DNA of 62,035 nt, the filler included. It is 4 parts of 4 records of this genome, joined end to end, with 100 filler letters (N's around TTAATTAATTAA, not from the genome) between each part and the next. Parts side by side here need not be neighbours in the genome. Positions count along the whole stretch, not along the records: positions 45,614 to 62,035 come from SRR2962707_4825; 3 more parts are not named here. One strand, written 5' to 3'. The position numbers and the translations under genes were made by a program. Positions 54,235 to 62,035 of the stretch are shown here, in pieces. The notes beneath the pieces were generated by a model, which saw only the letters and a list, made by a program, of their open reading frames with translations, did not search any database and had not been told where the DNA came from. Every line of letters starts with the position of its first letter. Within the stretch, counting starts at the first letter, position 1.

Positions 54235-55053
54235 TTACCACACCCCCATAGGCACAACATCAGCAACATAGTCCCTGAACCGGCGCGCAGGCCGCCCCAG
54301 CACTTGTTCAACCGTTGGAGTGGTGCTTTCATTGCGGCCATCAAGAATGTTCACAAACAGTTCGTTGATCAGCCACGCCATGTCGTCTGCCATACCCTGC
54401 GCCCTGGCGCCATCCAGATAGGCCTCCACCGGTAACGGCGTAAACCGGATCTCACGGCCACTGGCCGCAGCAATCGCATGCACACACTCCTCGAACGAGA
54501 GCAGCTCCGGACCGGTAACTTCCAATACCTGGTTTTTCAATGCGGGATTGGTCAGCGCCGCTACCGCCACACTGGCCAGGTCATCCACATCGATGAATGG
54601 TTCTCTGGCGTTGGGCCTGGGCAACACCAGCTCACCCGCCTGCAGGCCCTGCAGCATAAAGCTTTCACTGAAGTTCTGCATAAACCAGCTGGCGCGAACC
54701 ACGTTCCAGTCCAACCCGCTGCTTTCCAGCACCTGTTCTGCCCGCCTTGCGCCGGCCTCTCCACGCCCCGACATCAACACCAGGTGCGCCACACCCTGCT
54801 GTTTAGCTTCCGCCACAAAGGCACGCACATCCGTTTCCGCCGCCGGCACCGCGAGATCCGGGAAATACGTAACGTAGGCAGCACGCACTCCCTGAAGTGC
54901 CGCGGCCCAGGTACTGCGGTCTGCCCAATCAAAGGGGATGGGAGAAGAGCGTGACAGGCCGCGCGCCTCCAGCCCCATCTCACCCAGTTTTGCCAATACC
55001 CTGGAACCGGTCTTACCGGTGGCGCCAACAACAGCGATGACTTCTGATGTCAT
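54235..55053 (-). CDS. NmrA-like NAD(P)-binding protein
   Basis: GATGKTG, WFMQNF, FIDVDD, VTGP, VLGRP. Confidence 0.9.
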   Translation of the reverse strand: MTSEVIAVVGATGKTGSRVLAKLGEMGLEARGLSRSSPIPFDWADRSTWAAALQGVRAAYVTYFPDLAVPAAETDVRAFVAEAKQQGVAHLVLMSGRGEAGARRAEQVLESSGLDWNVVRASWFMQNFSESFMLQGLQAGELVLPRPNAREPFIDVDDLASVAVAALTNPALKNQVLEVTGPELLSFEECVHAIAAASGREIRFTPLPVEAYLDGARAQGMADDMAWLINELFVNILDGRNESTTPTVEQVLGRPARRFRDYVADVVPMGVW

Positions 55054-55168
55054 GGTTTGGTCCTCGTTAAACGATCACTGAAGGTTCCAGTTTACGAGGA
55101 CAAAAACTGATGCTTAATGCTTTTCTATCTACTATATTTTGCAGATCGTCCAAAACCCGTGAGAAACA

Positions 55169-56203
55169 ATGATCCCTGAACTTGAGCGGCGCATGCCGAC
55201 AACCTCCGATCCACTCGGCGAGACGCTGTGTTCACTTCGCATGGATGGTACCGTCTACGCGACTGCCGAACTGATTAGCCCCTGGGGCATGGAGATGCCG
55301 CCGCTCGGGGGCAAAATGATGTTTCACATCGTCACCCAGGGAAGCTGCTGGTTGCGTTTCAAAGACCAGGATAGCCTGCTCCTTAAAACGGGCGACATGG
55401 CGCTGGTACCCAAAGGGGAAGGCCACTGTATCTCCCATAGTAACAATCAGCCGTGCGAGCCCTTTTTTGATATTCCCGTCACCCGGCTGACAGACCGCTT
55501 TGAGTTCATGCGCTATGGCGGGGCCGGCACGGAAGAACAGCGCACGGGCGAAGAAGAAACCCGACTGACCTGCGGCGTGCTTGGCTTCGACCAGATTGCG
55601 GCTCAGAAGCTCATTCGTGAACTGCCACAGTGCATTCACATAAAAGGCGACGATGGCGCCCTGCCCGCCCAGCTTACAACGCTGATACAACTGATGGAGC
55701 AGGAAGCCCGCGCACTATCACCCGGCGGGGTCACGGTGATGGCCCACCTGGCAGATATCATCGTGATTCAGGCCATACGACACTGGATCAACTCCAGCGC
55801 GGAAGCCTGCAAAGGCTGGCTGGGCGCGCTGAAAGATCCGAAACTGGGCAAGGCTCTGGCGGCCATACACGCACATCCTGAGGCTGACTGGACAGTCAGC
55901 CGGCTGGCCAGGCACGCGGGCATGTCCCGCTCGGGGTTTTCCGCCCGGTTTACCGAGGTGATAGGCACTTCAGTAAAACAGTACCTGACCGAATGGAGGA
56001 TGAACCTGGCGCGTCTCAGAATTGGTCAATCACCCGTGACATTGACTGAGCTGGCTGAAGAGCTGGGGTACCAATCCGAAGCGGCGTTTTCGAGGGCTTA
56101 CAAGCGGGTTTTCGGGGTGCCACCACTGCGGCGGAAAGGCTGCGAAAGGTCATCACATAATGAGCCCGATTTTCCCGCCCACGGTTCTATGGTTCAGACT
56201 TGA
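55169..56203 (+). CDS. AraC-family regulator with cupin_6 domain (start may be 55193)
   Basis: DPLGETL, FHIVTQG, WTVSRLA...MSRSGF, GYQSEAAFSRAYKR; divergent from the NmrA gene. Confidence 0.92.
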   Translation: MIPELERRMPTTSDPLGETLCSLRMDGTVYATAELISPWGMEMPPLGGKMMFHIVTQGSCWLRFKDQDSLLLKTGDMALVPKGEGHCISHSNNQPCEPFFDIPVTRLTDRFEFMRYGGAGTEEQRTGEEETRLTCGVLGFDQIAAQKLIRELPQCIHIKGDDGALPAQLTTLIQLMEQEARALSPGGVTVMAHLADIIVIQAIRHWINSSAEACKGWLGALKDPKLGKALAAIHAHPEADWTVSRLARHAGMSRSGFSARFTEVIGTSVKQYLTEWRMNLARLRIGQSPVTLTELAEELGYQSEAAFSRAYKRVFGVPPLRRKGCERSSHNEPDFPAHGSMVQT

Positions 56204-56399
56204 GTACCTCAGACCGATCCCTCTCGTACTCTTCGTATGACTTACTGGAACGTTGGATGCACTCATCATACTGAGGGGGTGGCACACTGACACATTCCTG
56301 TCGGTTGTTTCGCTGCACATTGTCATACACGGCTTTGCTGCTACAGCCAGCAACCAAGACACACACCAGCAGTAAATACAGAGTTTTAGTCACGCTCAT
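56187..56399 (-). CDS. Small hypothetical lipoprotein
   Basis: Lipobox VAG-C, two further Cys, SYEEYER; overlaps the araC 3' end by 17 bp. Confidence 0.7.
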   Translation of the reverse strand: MSVTKTLYLLLVCVLVAGCSSKAVYDNVQRNNRQECVSVPPPQYDECIQRSSKSYEEYERDRSEVLKSEP

Positions 56400-56490
56400 C
56401 ATCATCCAGTTAGTGCGTAGAGTTTGTGGCATAGGAACCAAAGGGGCGCATTCCAGATCAACGTGATGCCGGCATCGTAGCCATACCTGG

Positions 56491-56958
56491 TTACATGCAC
56501 AATTCTCGCAAGTTCCTGATGACACGAACCTCAGTTCCCCGAGGTGCATTTTCCTGGGTCAACCAGATAGGCTTAAGACCTAACCGCATTGCGGGCTTCA
56601 TATCTTTAACGAAGCTATCGCCCACCACTGCCGTTCGAGAGGCAGGCAAACCCAAGTGGCTCAAGATCACTTCCAGAAATCCCGGGCTTCCTTTGGCAAG
56701 CCCAACGTTAGATTTACAGAAGTAGCCCGATAAAAACTCATCCAGCCCGACTCGACTGAACGCCCGTTTAATCTCTGACTCGGACGAGTCCTCCGCTCCC
56801 GTAGCCACATAGATGTTTGCAGACTGGGACAAACATTTTAATGCTTCCGGCGCACCATCAACTGTCTGGACCACCGGCCAATCACACATTTTCCGGGAGT
56901 TCCGGGGAAATCCACCATTAAAGTGTCCCCCCCAGTCGAAGAGATATGCGTCTATCAC
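56491..56958 (-). CDS. HAD-family hydrolase cassette with a locally frameshifted motif I
   Basis: YLFDWG..., VATGA, AK, VVGDSFVKD; preceded by GTTATGC; TAA stop lies within ATGTAAC. Confidence 0.75.
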   Translation of the reverse strand: MIDAYLFDWGGHFNGGFPRNSRKMCDWPVVQTVDGAPEALKCLSQSANIYVATGAEDSSESEIKRAFSRVGLDEFLSGYFCKSNVGLAKGSPGFLEVILSHLGLPASRTAVVGDSFVKDMKPAMRLGLKPIWLTQENAPRGTEVRVIRNLRELCM

Positions 56959-56973
56959 CAAACTTTCTTACGC

Positions 56974-57018
56974 GCATAACGCGGGGCGCACCGGCGACCT
57001 GAAACAACCTTTATGGCC
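56974..57018 (-). repeat. Degenerate, shortened attC
   Basis: Minus strand CCATAAA...GGTCGCCG GTGCGC CCCGC GTTATGC; R' intact, R'' AAC changed, centre shortened. Confidence 0.5.
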
Positions 57019-57021
57019 TCT

Positions 57022-57294
57022 TCATTCAGTTTGTTCAAACTTGCCAACGATTACCGACAATGCTTCGGTCTCTTCATCTGAAAGCCCATTATCCAAATCA
57101 GTTAGCAACCCATTGATCAAACAATACTCGGTTTCGTTTTTGATGGCCCCTCGTTTTAGGACTTTCTTATATTTCGACCAATAACGCTTACACAGAGAGG
57201 ATAACGAAACTATACCTCTTTACGACAACTCGTAATCGAGCTTCTTTACACTTTCGATTTCTAGGTGCGACGTATCTTCGATTGAATCATTTAA
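57022..57294 (-). pseudogene. 5'-truncated cassette gene remnant with an internal stop
   Basis: Manual translation ...NDSIEDTSHLEIESVKKLDYELS*RGIVSLSSLCKRYWSKYKKVLKRGAIKNETEYCLINGLL...FEQTE*; TAA at 57220-57222. Confidence 0.55.
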
Positions 57295-57311
57295 GGAAAA
57301 GAGAAAGCTCA

Positions 57312-58037
57312 TCAAACTATTTTTGCTCCCGTAAAGTTTTTCACGGGCATACGCCAGCTGCGGTACATGCTTTTACAACGGGACGTACCCCGCACTTCAA
57401 GGCGCCAGTAAAAACTGAACGGCTCATCGATTGGTAAGCCGGTGGGTAAATCAAAACTGAATTCGACGATTGTTTCTTGGCCTTCGGGCCTTAACCTGAG
57501 CTGCTGCTTTATACTCCAGTACTCGGCGTCGCTGTATGAATAATCGCTTTTTTTCCTGGCGTCTTTCTCGTAGCAAGCCAGTTTGATTTCGACAAATTCG
57601 CAGCCGCGTAACGGCCTAAGAAACCGAATGGCTCCCGAAGATGTTCCGCCAACTTCAGGAATCGTTCCCAGCTTCAGCAAGGCGGGACCATAAATGTAGA
57701 GTTTGCGGCTGGTGTTCAACTGCGAACCCAGAATGAAGATGCCAAAGAATGGGCCCACGACCAGAAAGGAAGAAACTCCGTCGCCCGGCGAAAAGACCAA
57801 GCCAACTGGCAACAGCAGAAAAAACAGCCCCAGTAAATAGGAGAACTTTGACCCTGCTGCCTGATTACTCCGTGTCCACCGGTCCACCCATGGATATCCC
57901 AGTTCCGGAGGACTTTTCTGTTTAAGGCCGGGTACCGGAATGCTGGCCTTGCATGCCAGTCGTGCACTCCGTTTTGAGCCACGGCTACTGATGGAAATAA
58001 TCTGTGAGTTTTCAGCGCTGCACTCTTTCCCTGACAT
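57312..58037 (-). CDS. Hypothetical membrane protein (two TM helices)
   Basis: 241-aa ORF; its ATG sits in a GTTATGT core (58034-58040). Confidence 0.55.
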   Translation of the reverse strand: MSGKECSAENSQIISISSRGSKRSARLACKASIPVPGLKQKSPPELGYPWVDRWTRSNQAAGSKFSYLLGLFFLLLPVGLVFSPGDGVSSFLVVGPFFGIFILGSQLNTSRKLYIYGPALLKLGTIPEVGGTSSGAIRFLRPLRGCEFVEIKLACYEKDARKKSDYSYSDAEYWSIKQQLRLRPEGQETIVEFSFDLPTGLPIDEPFSFYWRLEVRGTSRCKSMYRSWRMPVKNFTGAKIV

Positions 58038-58240
58038 AACAGTTGCTTTTCCCTGAAATAAACCAATATGGATCGTATTATCAATATAGATCTAGCCTGG
58101 ACGAATTTAATTGCCTTGCTAGAGAATACTTACGGCCGGGAAAAGGCGGATACCTGCCTCGACAATTATCCCAACCAAATTTTTAGCGCTGAACGCTCGT
58201 ACAGAGTACTTGGTCAACCAATGACGCATTGGGCGCGCTC

Positions 58241-59095
58241 TCAAATTGACCTTAGTACGTCACAAGTGATTGGAATTTCAATACCCGACTTCGAACTAAA
58301 GTCGGCCAAAACTTCATCGCGCCAGGCAAATGCCTCAGCGATCACGCCCTTCTCGAAAGCGCTGGCAGCGGCTTCATCTTCCAACAGTTCATCCCTGTAA
58401 GGAATCGGAAAGTCATCAACAAGCACCTCATTGTATGCAATAAGCTGATCATATTCGTCGCTGAATTTATAACCTATTCGTCGAGATTTCCGTTCGTTAT
58501 CAAGTTCAAACGGCACGATTGGCCCTCGCTTTCTCCAACTAACCAGATTTTCGGATGGGCCATATATTAAGGCGTCATCTTCACGATCGTGAAAATTGAT
58601 ATCACCGTCAAATAAAGCGGGAGTGCCCCACTCAGTGAAAGAGTTACTAACAGGAACCATAAATTCAGTAAACAGAATAGTTTTTGATTCCTGACGGCTT
58701 AACCGAGCAGTTCCCGAAAAAGCGTGCCCACGCTCTATCAAAACTCTGACCCTGTCGTGCCCATGTTTGGCGAAAATGTAACACCCTCCGTCAGAATTCT
58801 CGATGACCTTGACGCCATCTGGATCTTCACCGAGATCTGGCACACTTATCGTCGAGGACCACCGGGTACCCCTCATTAGATAATTGATGTAATGACATTG
58901 GCCCCACTCGTTCGAAACACGGTTTAAGCAGCGTTTGTAGATTCCTCCTTCAATGATTTCCCCATCCGGGGTGTAGAAAACCCAATCTGCCTCTTTCGGA
59001 TGCTGCATCGCGAACCAAGCCAGCGCCCCGATCACGGCAGCCGATACTAGTAAATTGACACCTGTGAGTTTTCGATCAGTCTTATCTGTGCCCAT
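58241..59095 (-). CDS. Hypothetical protein with an N-terminal TM anchor
   Basis: 284-aa ORF with AAAGGA RBS. Confidence 0.65.
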   Translation of the reverse strand: MGTDKTDRKLTGVNLLVSAAVIGALAWFAMQHPKEADWVFYTPDGEIIEGGIYKRCLNRVSNEWGQCHYINYLMRGTRWSSTISVPDLGEDPDGVKVIENSDGGCYIFAKHGHDRVRVLIERGHAFSGTARLSRQESKTILFTEFMVPVSNSFTEWGTPALFDGDINFHDREDDALIYGPSENLVSWRKRGPIVPFELDNERKSRRIGYKFSDEYDQLIAYNEVLVDDFPIPYRDELLEDEAAASAFEKGVIAEAFAWRDEVLADFSSKSGIEIPITCDVLRSI

Positions 59096-59278
59096 CGAAT
59101 GAATTCCTTTTCAAAAATTTTGATTGTCGACATATCGAACGAAGCTAGCCCTCTAATCACTTTTGGTGCTCTGGAACGCTACATATTGACCAATTAGCTA
59201 TCGATCTCTTTGCATATCACGTCGCCACAAGCAAATTAATAGCTTGCAAAATGATCTAAGCCACAACAATTGTATTTA

Positions 59279-59349
59279 AAACAAGCTCACATTTAAATCT
59301 GGTTTGGAGCACAGCGAACAATTAGTCCGAGAACACGCGTTTATTATTT
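59279..59349 (-). repeat. Degenerate attC
   Basis: Minus strand AAATAAT AAACG CGTGTTC TCGGAC...CGCTGTGCTCC AAACCAG...; stop of the upstream ORF lies in R''; its centre matches the centre of attC 61210-61281. Confidence 0.55.
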
Positions 59350-59655
59350 TTCCTCATAAGTTGTCACTTTCTTGAACCCCTCCATACTTCCGTCAAAAGG
59401 ACGATCAAACTGAGACGTGTCTTTAGAGCCAACTTTTTCGATGGAATACCAAGTAGCCTCGCATTCGTCGCAATTGAATAGAACTCCATTTGTGGTTGGA
59501 TCTACCCATTTATATAGCCACCCCTGATCACACCTGGAGCACCACCGTTTTGACTCTCTGCAGCGAGAGCAAACAAAATACTTTACTCCCTCTGGATTTT
59601 CGCCAACTTCAACTACCGTGGCATCTTTGCAAGCTGGACATACTATCTGGCTCAT
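59344..59655 (-). CDS. Cys-rich (4x CxxC) putative zinc-binding cassette protein
   Basis: CPAC, CSRC, CSRC, CDEC; preceded by GTTATGT and an AAGAGAG RBS. Confidence 0.7.
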   Translation of the reverse strand: MSQIVCPACKDATVVEVGENPEGVKYFVCSRCRESKRWCSRCDQGWLYKWVDPTTNGVLFNCDECEATWYSIEKVGSKDTSQFDRPFDGSMEGFKKVTTYEEK

Positions 59656-59668
59656 GCTGCTCTCTTAA

Positions 59669-59725
59669 ACATAACGCTTGCAGCATGTGCGCTCACGAAA
59701 TGTAGCCGAAGGCGTAACGTAGTAG
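59669..59725 (-). repeat. Half attC (R' side retained, R'' side lost)
   Basis: + strand ACATAAC GCTTG CAGCAT GTGCG...GCCGAAGGC...; no matching distal arm. Confidence 0.55.
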
Positions 59726-59838
59726 TCATCGCCGCGCTCGCATTTGAAATGAGTTACTATGCACCACGCGAACAAACAATTCATTGTAGATAGAGTCTGA
59801 ATCGCTGCCGACAAGAAGATCCCAGCCATCTATAGTTA

Positions 59839-59982
59839 CTAAAAACCAATGAAATCATGAGTGAACTCAGTGCGTTGCTCGGCCAAGTACTGGATTTCAA
59901 TTATCTTATTTCCTTCTGCCGCTTCAAAACACAGATGACATGAATTATTTTGCAAATCTATTAATTTTCTGACTAGTCTCAT
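59839..59982 (-). pseudogene. Short or truncated cassette ORF (47 aa)
   Basis: MRLVRKLIDLQNNSCHLCFEAAEG...DFIGF* starts 16 bp after a GTTATGA core; about 110 bp of unexplained sequence follow before the next attC remnant. Confidence 0.35.
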
Positions 59983-59997
59983 TATTGGTCCATTTAC

Positions 59998-60062
59998 TCA
60001 TAACATTGCAATAAACCGAGTGTGGTGCGCAGCAGTACACTCGGTTTATTGCCTGATCATGA
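59998..60062 (-). repeat. attC-like site with a perfect 16-bp stem and mutated R''
   Basis: + strand TCATAAC att GCAATAAACCGAGTGT-13nt-ACACTCGGTTTATTGC ctg ATCATGA. Confidence 0.65.
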
Positions 60063-60196
60063 ATCTCTTACGTTTAATGGTCACGCCCATTTTCTGGCCC
60101 AGAATAAAAACCTTTCTGGACCATTAAACAAATATCAATGATGACCCCAAGCTTCTACTCAGCAGTGTCCTTCCAGTCAGTCAGTCCCTCTTAGGC

Positions 60197-60246
60197 TCAA
60201 AACGCCGGCGGTAATGGGCGCCAACGGAGCACAGTGTAGTTGGCGT
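60197..60246 (-). repeat. Truncated attC (R' side)
   Basis: + strand TCAAAAC GCCGG CGGTAATGG GCGCCAAC GGAGCACAGTGTA GTTGGCGT. Confidence 0.55.
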
Positions 60247-60293
60247 GTAGTTATCGATGCGTGTTCACTAGACCCGGGGAAGTCCAGAACGAA

Positions 60294-60827
60294 CTACAAC
60301 AACTTGTCATGAAACGCCCAGTCTTCGCACGTCATTCGATATACCCGCACAGCTCGGGTATGGAATTCTCGAATCGTATAATCTCTGAACCCAACCTTCT
60401 CCGTCACCCTAACGGAGGCTGTGTGCTCCGGCTCGATAATAACAATTACCGACTCGCTGTGTATTTGATCGAAAGCATACTGGAGAACACCTTTTACAGC
60501 TTCTGTCGCATACCCCTGGTGCCAGAACCTGCGCGCCAGCCGATAACCTAGATTGAGTTCTTCGACATCGCCAACCAACTCAGGCCCAATGCCACAGAAG
60601 CCGATAAAATGCCCAGATTCCTTCTCACAGAATGCCCACGGCCCTATTTCATGAGCGGCGTAACACTCAAGGCACCAATCAACGAACTTTCGAGTAGCTT
60701 CCTCGTCGCAAACTCCGCGAACGGAGAATTTCATGACTTCCGGATCACTGAGCATTGCGGTGAGCACCGGGACATCCTGATGGGAAAGCTTCCGTGCAAC
60801 CAACCTCTCTGTTTCAAACAATGACAT
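60294..60827 (-). CDS. GNAT N-acetyltransferase (RimJ/RimL type) cassette
   Basis: ETERL, FIGFCG, LGYRL...W.QGYATEA, ASVRV.EKVGF. Confidence 0.9.
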   Translation of the reverse strand: MSLFETERLVARKLSHQDVPVLTAMLSDPEVMKFSVRGVCDEEATRKFVDWCLECYAAHEIGPWAFCEKESGHFIGFCGIGPELVGDVEELNLGYRLARRFWHQGYATEAVKGVLQYAFDQIHSESVIVIIEPEHTASVRVTEKVGFRDYTIREFHTRAVRVYRMTCEDWAFHDKLL

Positions 60828-60841
60828 CGTTCTCTCCCTGT

Positions 60842-60929
60842 GCTTAACGCCAGCAATAGACGGCGCCCTGAAAAGGGCGTCCGGTGGGGGGCCGTCGGGC
60901 CGGGAGCGAACTTGAATGACTGGTTAGCA
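60842..60929 (-). repeat. attC site (88 bp)
   Basis: Minus strand TGCTAAC CAGTC ATTCAAG...CGGACGCCCTTTTCAGGGCGCCG TCTATT GCTGGC GTTAAGC; stop of the upstream ORF lies within R''. Confidence 0.85.
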
Positions 60930-61199
60930 CTCAGGGACCTGATAAGTCCGATAGTTACCCGGCCCCAACCAAGTTACAGCCGTAAATGGGCAATCCATAT
61001 CCCCTTGCTCCTGAAGCTGTTGAAGCACGGCTGCTGGCGGCCACCCACTCGGAGCATCTACAAACGCGTACCCTTGTGCCAACAACCACTTTACCAACGT
61101 AACCAATTCGGCGTTGTCTCGGCACGAAACCTCGTACTCAGGCGTATCCGCAGTTTTGAGAGTTCCGCCCTGAATGTTAGTGACATACTTTTGAATCAT
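60924..61199 (-). CDS. Hypothetical cassette protein (91 aa)
   Basis: Bounded by GTTAGCA and TGCTAAC, perfectly complementary cores. Confidence 0.75.
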   Translation of the reverse strand: MIQKYVTNIQGGTLKTADTPEYEVSCRDNAELVTLVKWLLAQGYAFVDAPSGWPPAAVLQQLQEQGDMDCPFTAVTWLGPGNYRTYQVPEC

Positions 61200-61209
61200 G
61201 ACTCTCTGG

Positions 61210-61281
61210 TGCTAACGCCAGCGTCACGGATTGGTTTGGAGCGGCAGCGGAAAACCAATTCCGTTGACGCAATGGTTAGGA
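61210..61281 (-). repeat. attC site (72 bp), the best preserved
   Basis: Minus strand TCCTAAC CATTG CGTCAAC GGAATTGGTTTT CCGCTGCCGCTCC AAACCAATCC GTGACG CTGGC GTTAGCA, with extrahelical bases in the stem. Confidence 0.9.
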
Positions 61282-61707
61282 CTCTCGATGCCAATGCACA
61301 TACGCCGCGCCTTTGGAAGTCTTGAGCAATAGTACTGCCCCCGCACAGCCTGGGCATGCACCTTCCAACTCAAAGGCTTTCTCTATTTCCTTTACATTCG
61401 GCAATGGCGTTTGTTTTTTAACTCTGTCGAGATCAGAACGAGCTATCTGCAACATCTCTTTGACCGCGCCCAAATCAGCCATTTTTGACTCAGCCTTGTT
61501 CAGGTCCAAGGCCGAATCCGCGTGCACACATGCAACCCAAAAGTGATCTGACTTTTGGGCCGGCGATATAAAAGCCACGCGCACAAATCCAATTGACACG
61601 TCAGAACAGGAGGTGTCTTCCTCGTTGGTCTCAAAGGGATCGCAATCCAAGTCGTATTGGAGCCCAACTGCGATCTTCTGAACATCGTCTGGAGGAGTCA
61701 TGCACAC
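61276..61707 (-). CDS. Hypothetical cassette protein (143 aa)
   Basis: Starts immediately after GTTAGGG and ends in TCCTAAC. Confidence 0.65.
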   Translation of the reverse strand: MCMTPPDDVQKIAVGLQYDLDCDPFETNEEDTSCSDVSIGFVRVAFISPAQKSDHFWVACVHADSALDLNKAESKMADLGAVKEMLQIARSDLDRVKKQTPLPNVKEIEKAFELEGACPGCAGAVLLLKTSKGAAYVHWHRES

Positions 61708-61708
61708 G

Positions 61709-61794
61709 CCCTAACGCCAGCTATCATGCGCGCCCTTTGTATTGTAGGAACATCCGCAACGAAAAAGGCGTCACTGTGCCTGGCATAGTTATAC
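61709..61794 (-). repeat. attC site (86 bp) with an eroded L' box
   Basis: Minus strand GTATAAC TATGC CAGGCAC AGTGACGCCTTTTT...AAAGGGCGCGC ATGATA GCTGGC GTTAGGG. Confidence 0.75.
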
Positions 61795-62035
61795 AGACTT
61801 CGCTACCAACATTTCGGTAGCACCTTTTTGGAACCGGTAGCTAACAGGCTGCAACGCGACATCAATACCATTCGCGGATAATGCTGTCATGACCTGACCC
61901 AAATGCGTCGAGACCGCGCCATCCAGCGATACAACAGGAAAGATGCGAACTTCAGACGCAACTCTGCACAGTTCCCGAATTGATTCCAAGTGAGCCGTCC
62001 CATCTACATGGTCACTGTAGAGAAAAAGATAGTGG
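61789..62035 (-). CDS. Class I SAM-dependent methyltransferase-like cassette, C-terminal part (starts outside the window)
   Basis: HYLFLYSDH...HLESIRELCRVASEVRIFP...YRFQKGATEML; TAA stop lies in GTATAAC. Confidence 0.7.
   Translation of the reverse strand, partial: HYLFLYSDHVDGTAHLESIRELCRVASEVRIFPVVSLDGAVSTHLGQVMTALSANGIDVALQPVSYRFQKGATEMLVAKSV

Larger units (their letters stand above)
56187..62035 (-). mobile_element. Integron gene-cassette array, distal part (integrase not in window, or CALIN)
   Basis: Short co-oriented AT-richer ORFs whose stop codons lie in RYYYAAC-like cores and which start just after GTTRRRY-like cores; three recognisable attC sites and about five degenerate ones. 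Confidence 0.85.

Noticed and set aside
58160-58240. Possible attC after ORF 58241-59095
   Set aside because: Only vague GCCCAAT...GCGTT similarity; no pairing L boxes or stem
56400-61794. Recurring palindromes read as a CRISPR array
   Set aside because: Repeats are non-identical, 65-90 bp long and separated by whole genes; no cas genes; they fit attC

Overview
This window is not one continuous locus. It is four contigs joined by three artificial 100-bp linkers (N44-TTAATTAATTAA-N44), from at least three organisms. Genus assignments below are judged by eye from protein style and are inference. (1) 1-25366, high-GC alphaproteobacterium (Parvibaculum-like): lipid, sulfate-ester and xenobiotic catabolic genes, a Fur-boxed TonB-ExbBD/Fiu-like receptor/PiuC iron-uptake locus, and tamAB. 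(2) 25467-37724, Rhizobiaceae-like dcw cluster (murC-murB...ddl-ftsQ-ftsA-ftsZ), split by a ~7 kb insert of three c-di-GMP enzymes and a DmpA-like peptidase. (3) 37825-45513, Parvibaculum-like again: a REP-type palindrome, an unexplained ~335-nt highly base-paired non-coding element, an orphan ATP-grasp protein, an outer-membrane barrel, a hybrid PAS kinase, a fasciclin and partial aspS. (4) 45614-62035, gammaproteobacterium (Marinobacter-like): yghU, a MacAB-like ABC exporter, a periplasmic MsrAB with a two-component system, an NmrA/AraC pair, and the distal end of a minus-strand integron cassette array whose heterogeneous attC sites decay from right to left; no integrase is in the window. 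The best candidates for something new are the structured element at ~37922-38257 and the decaying cassette array with its uncharacterised genes.
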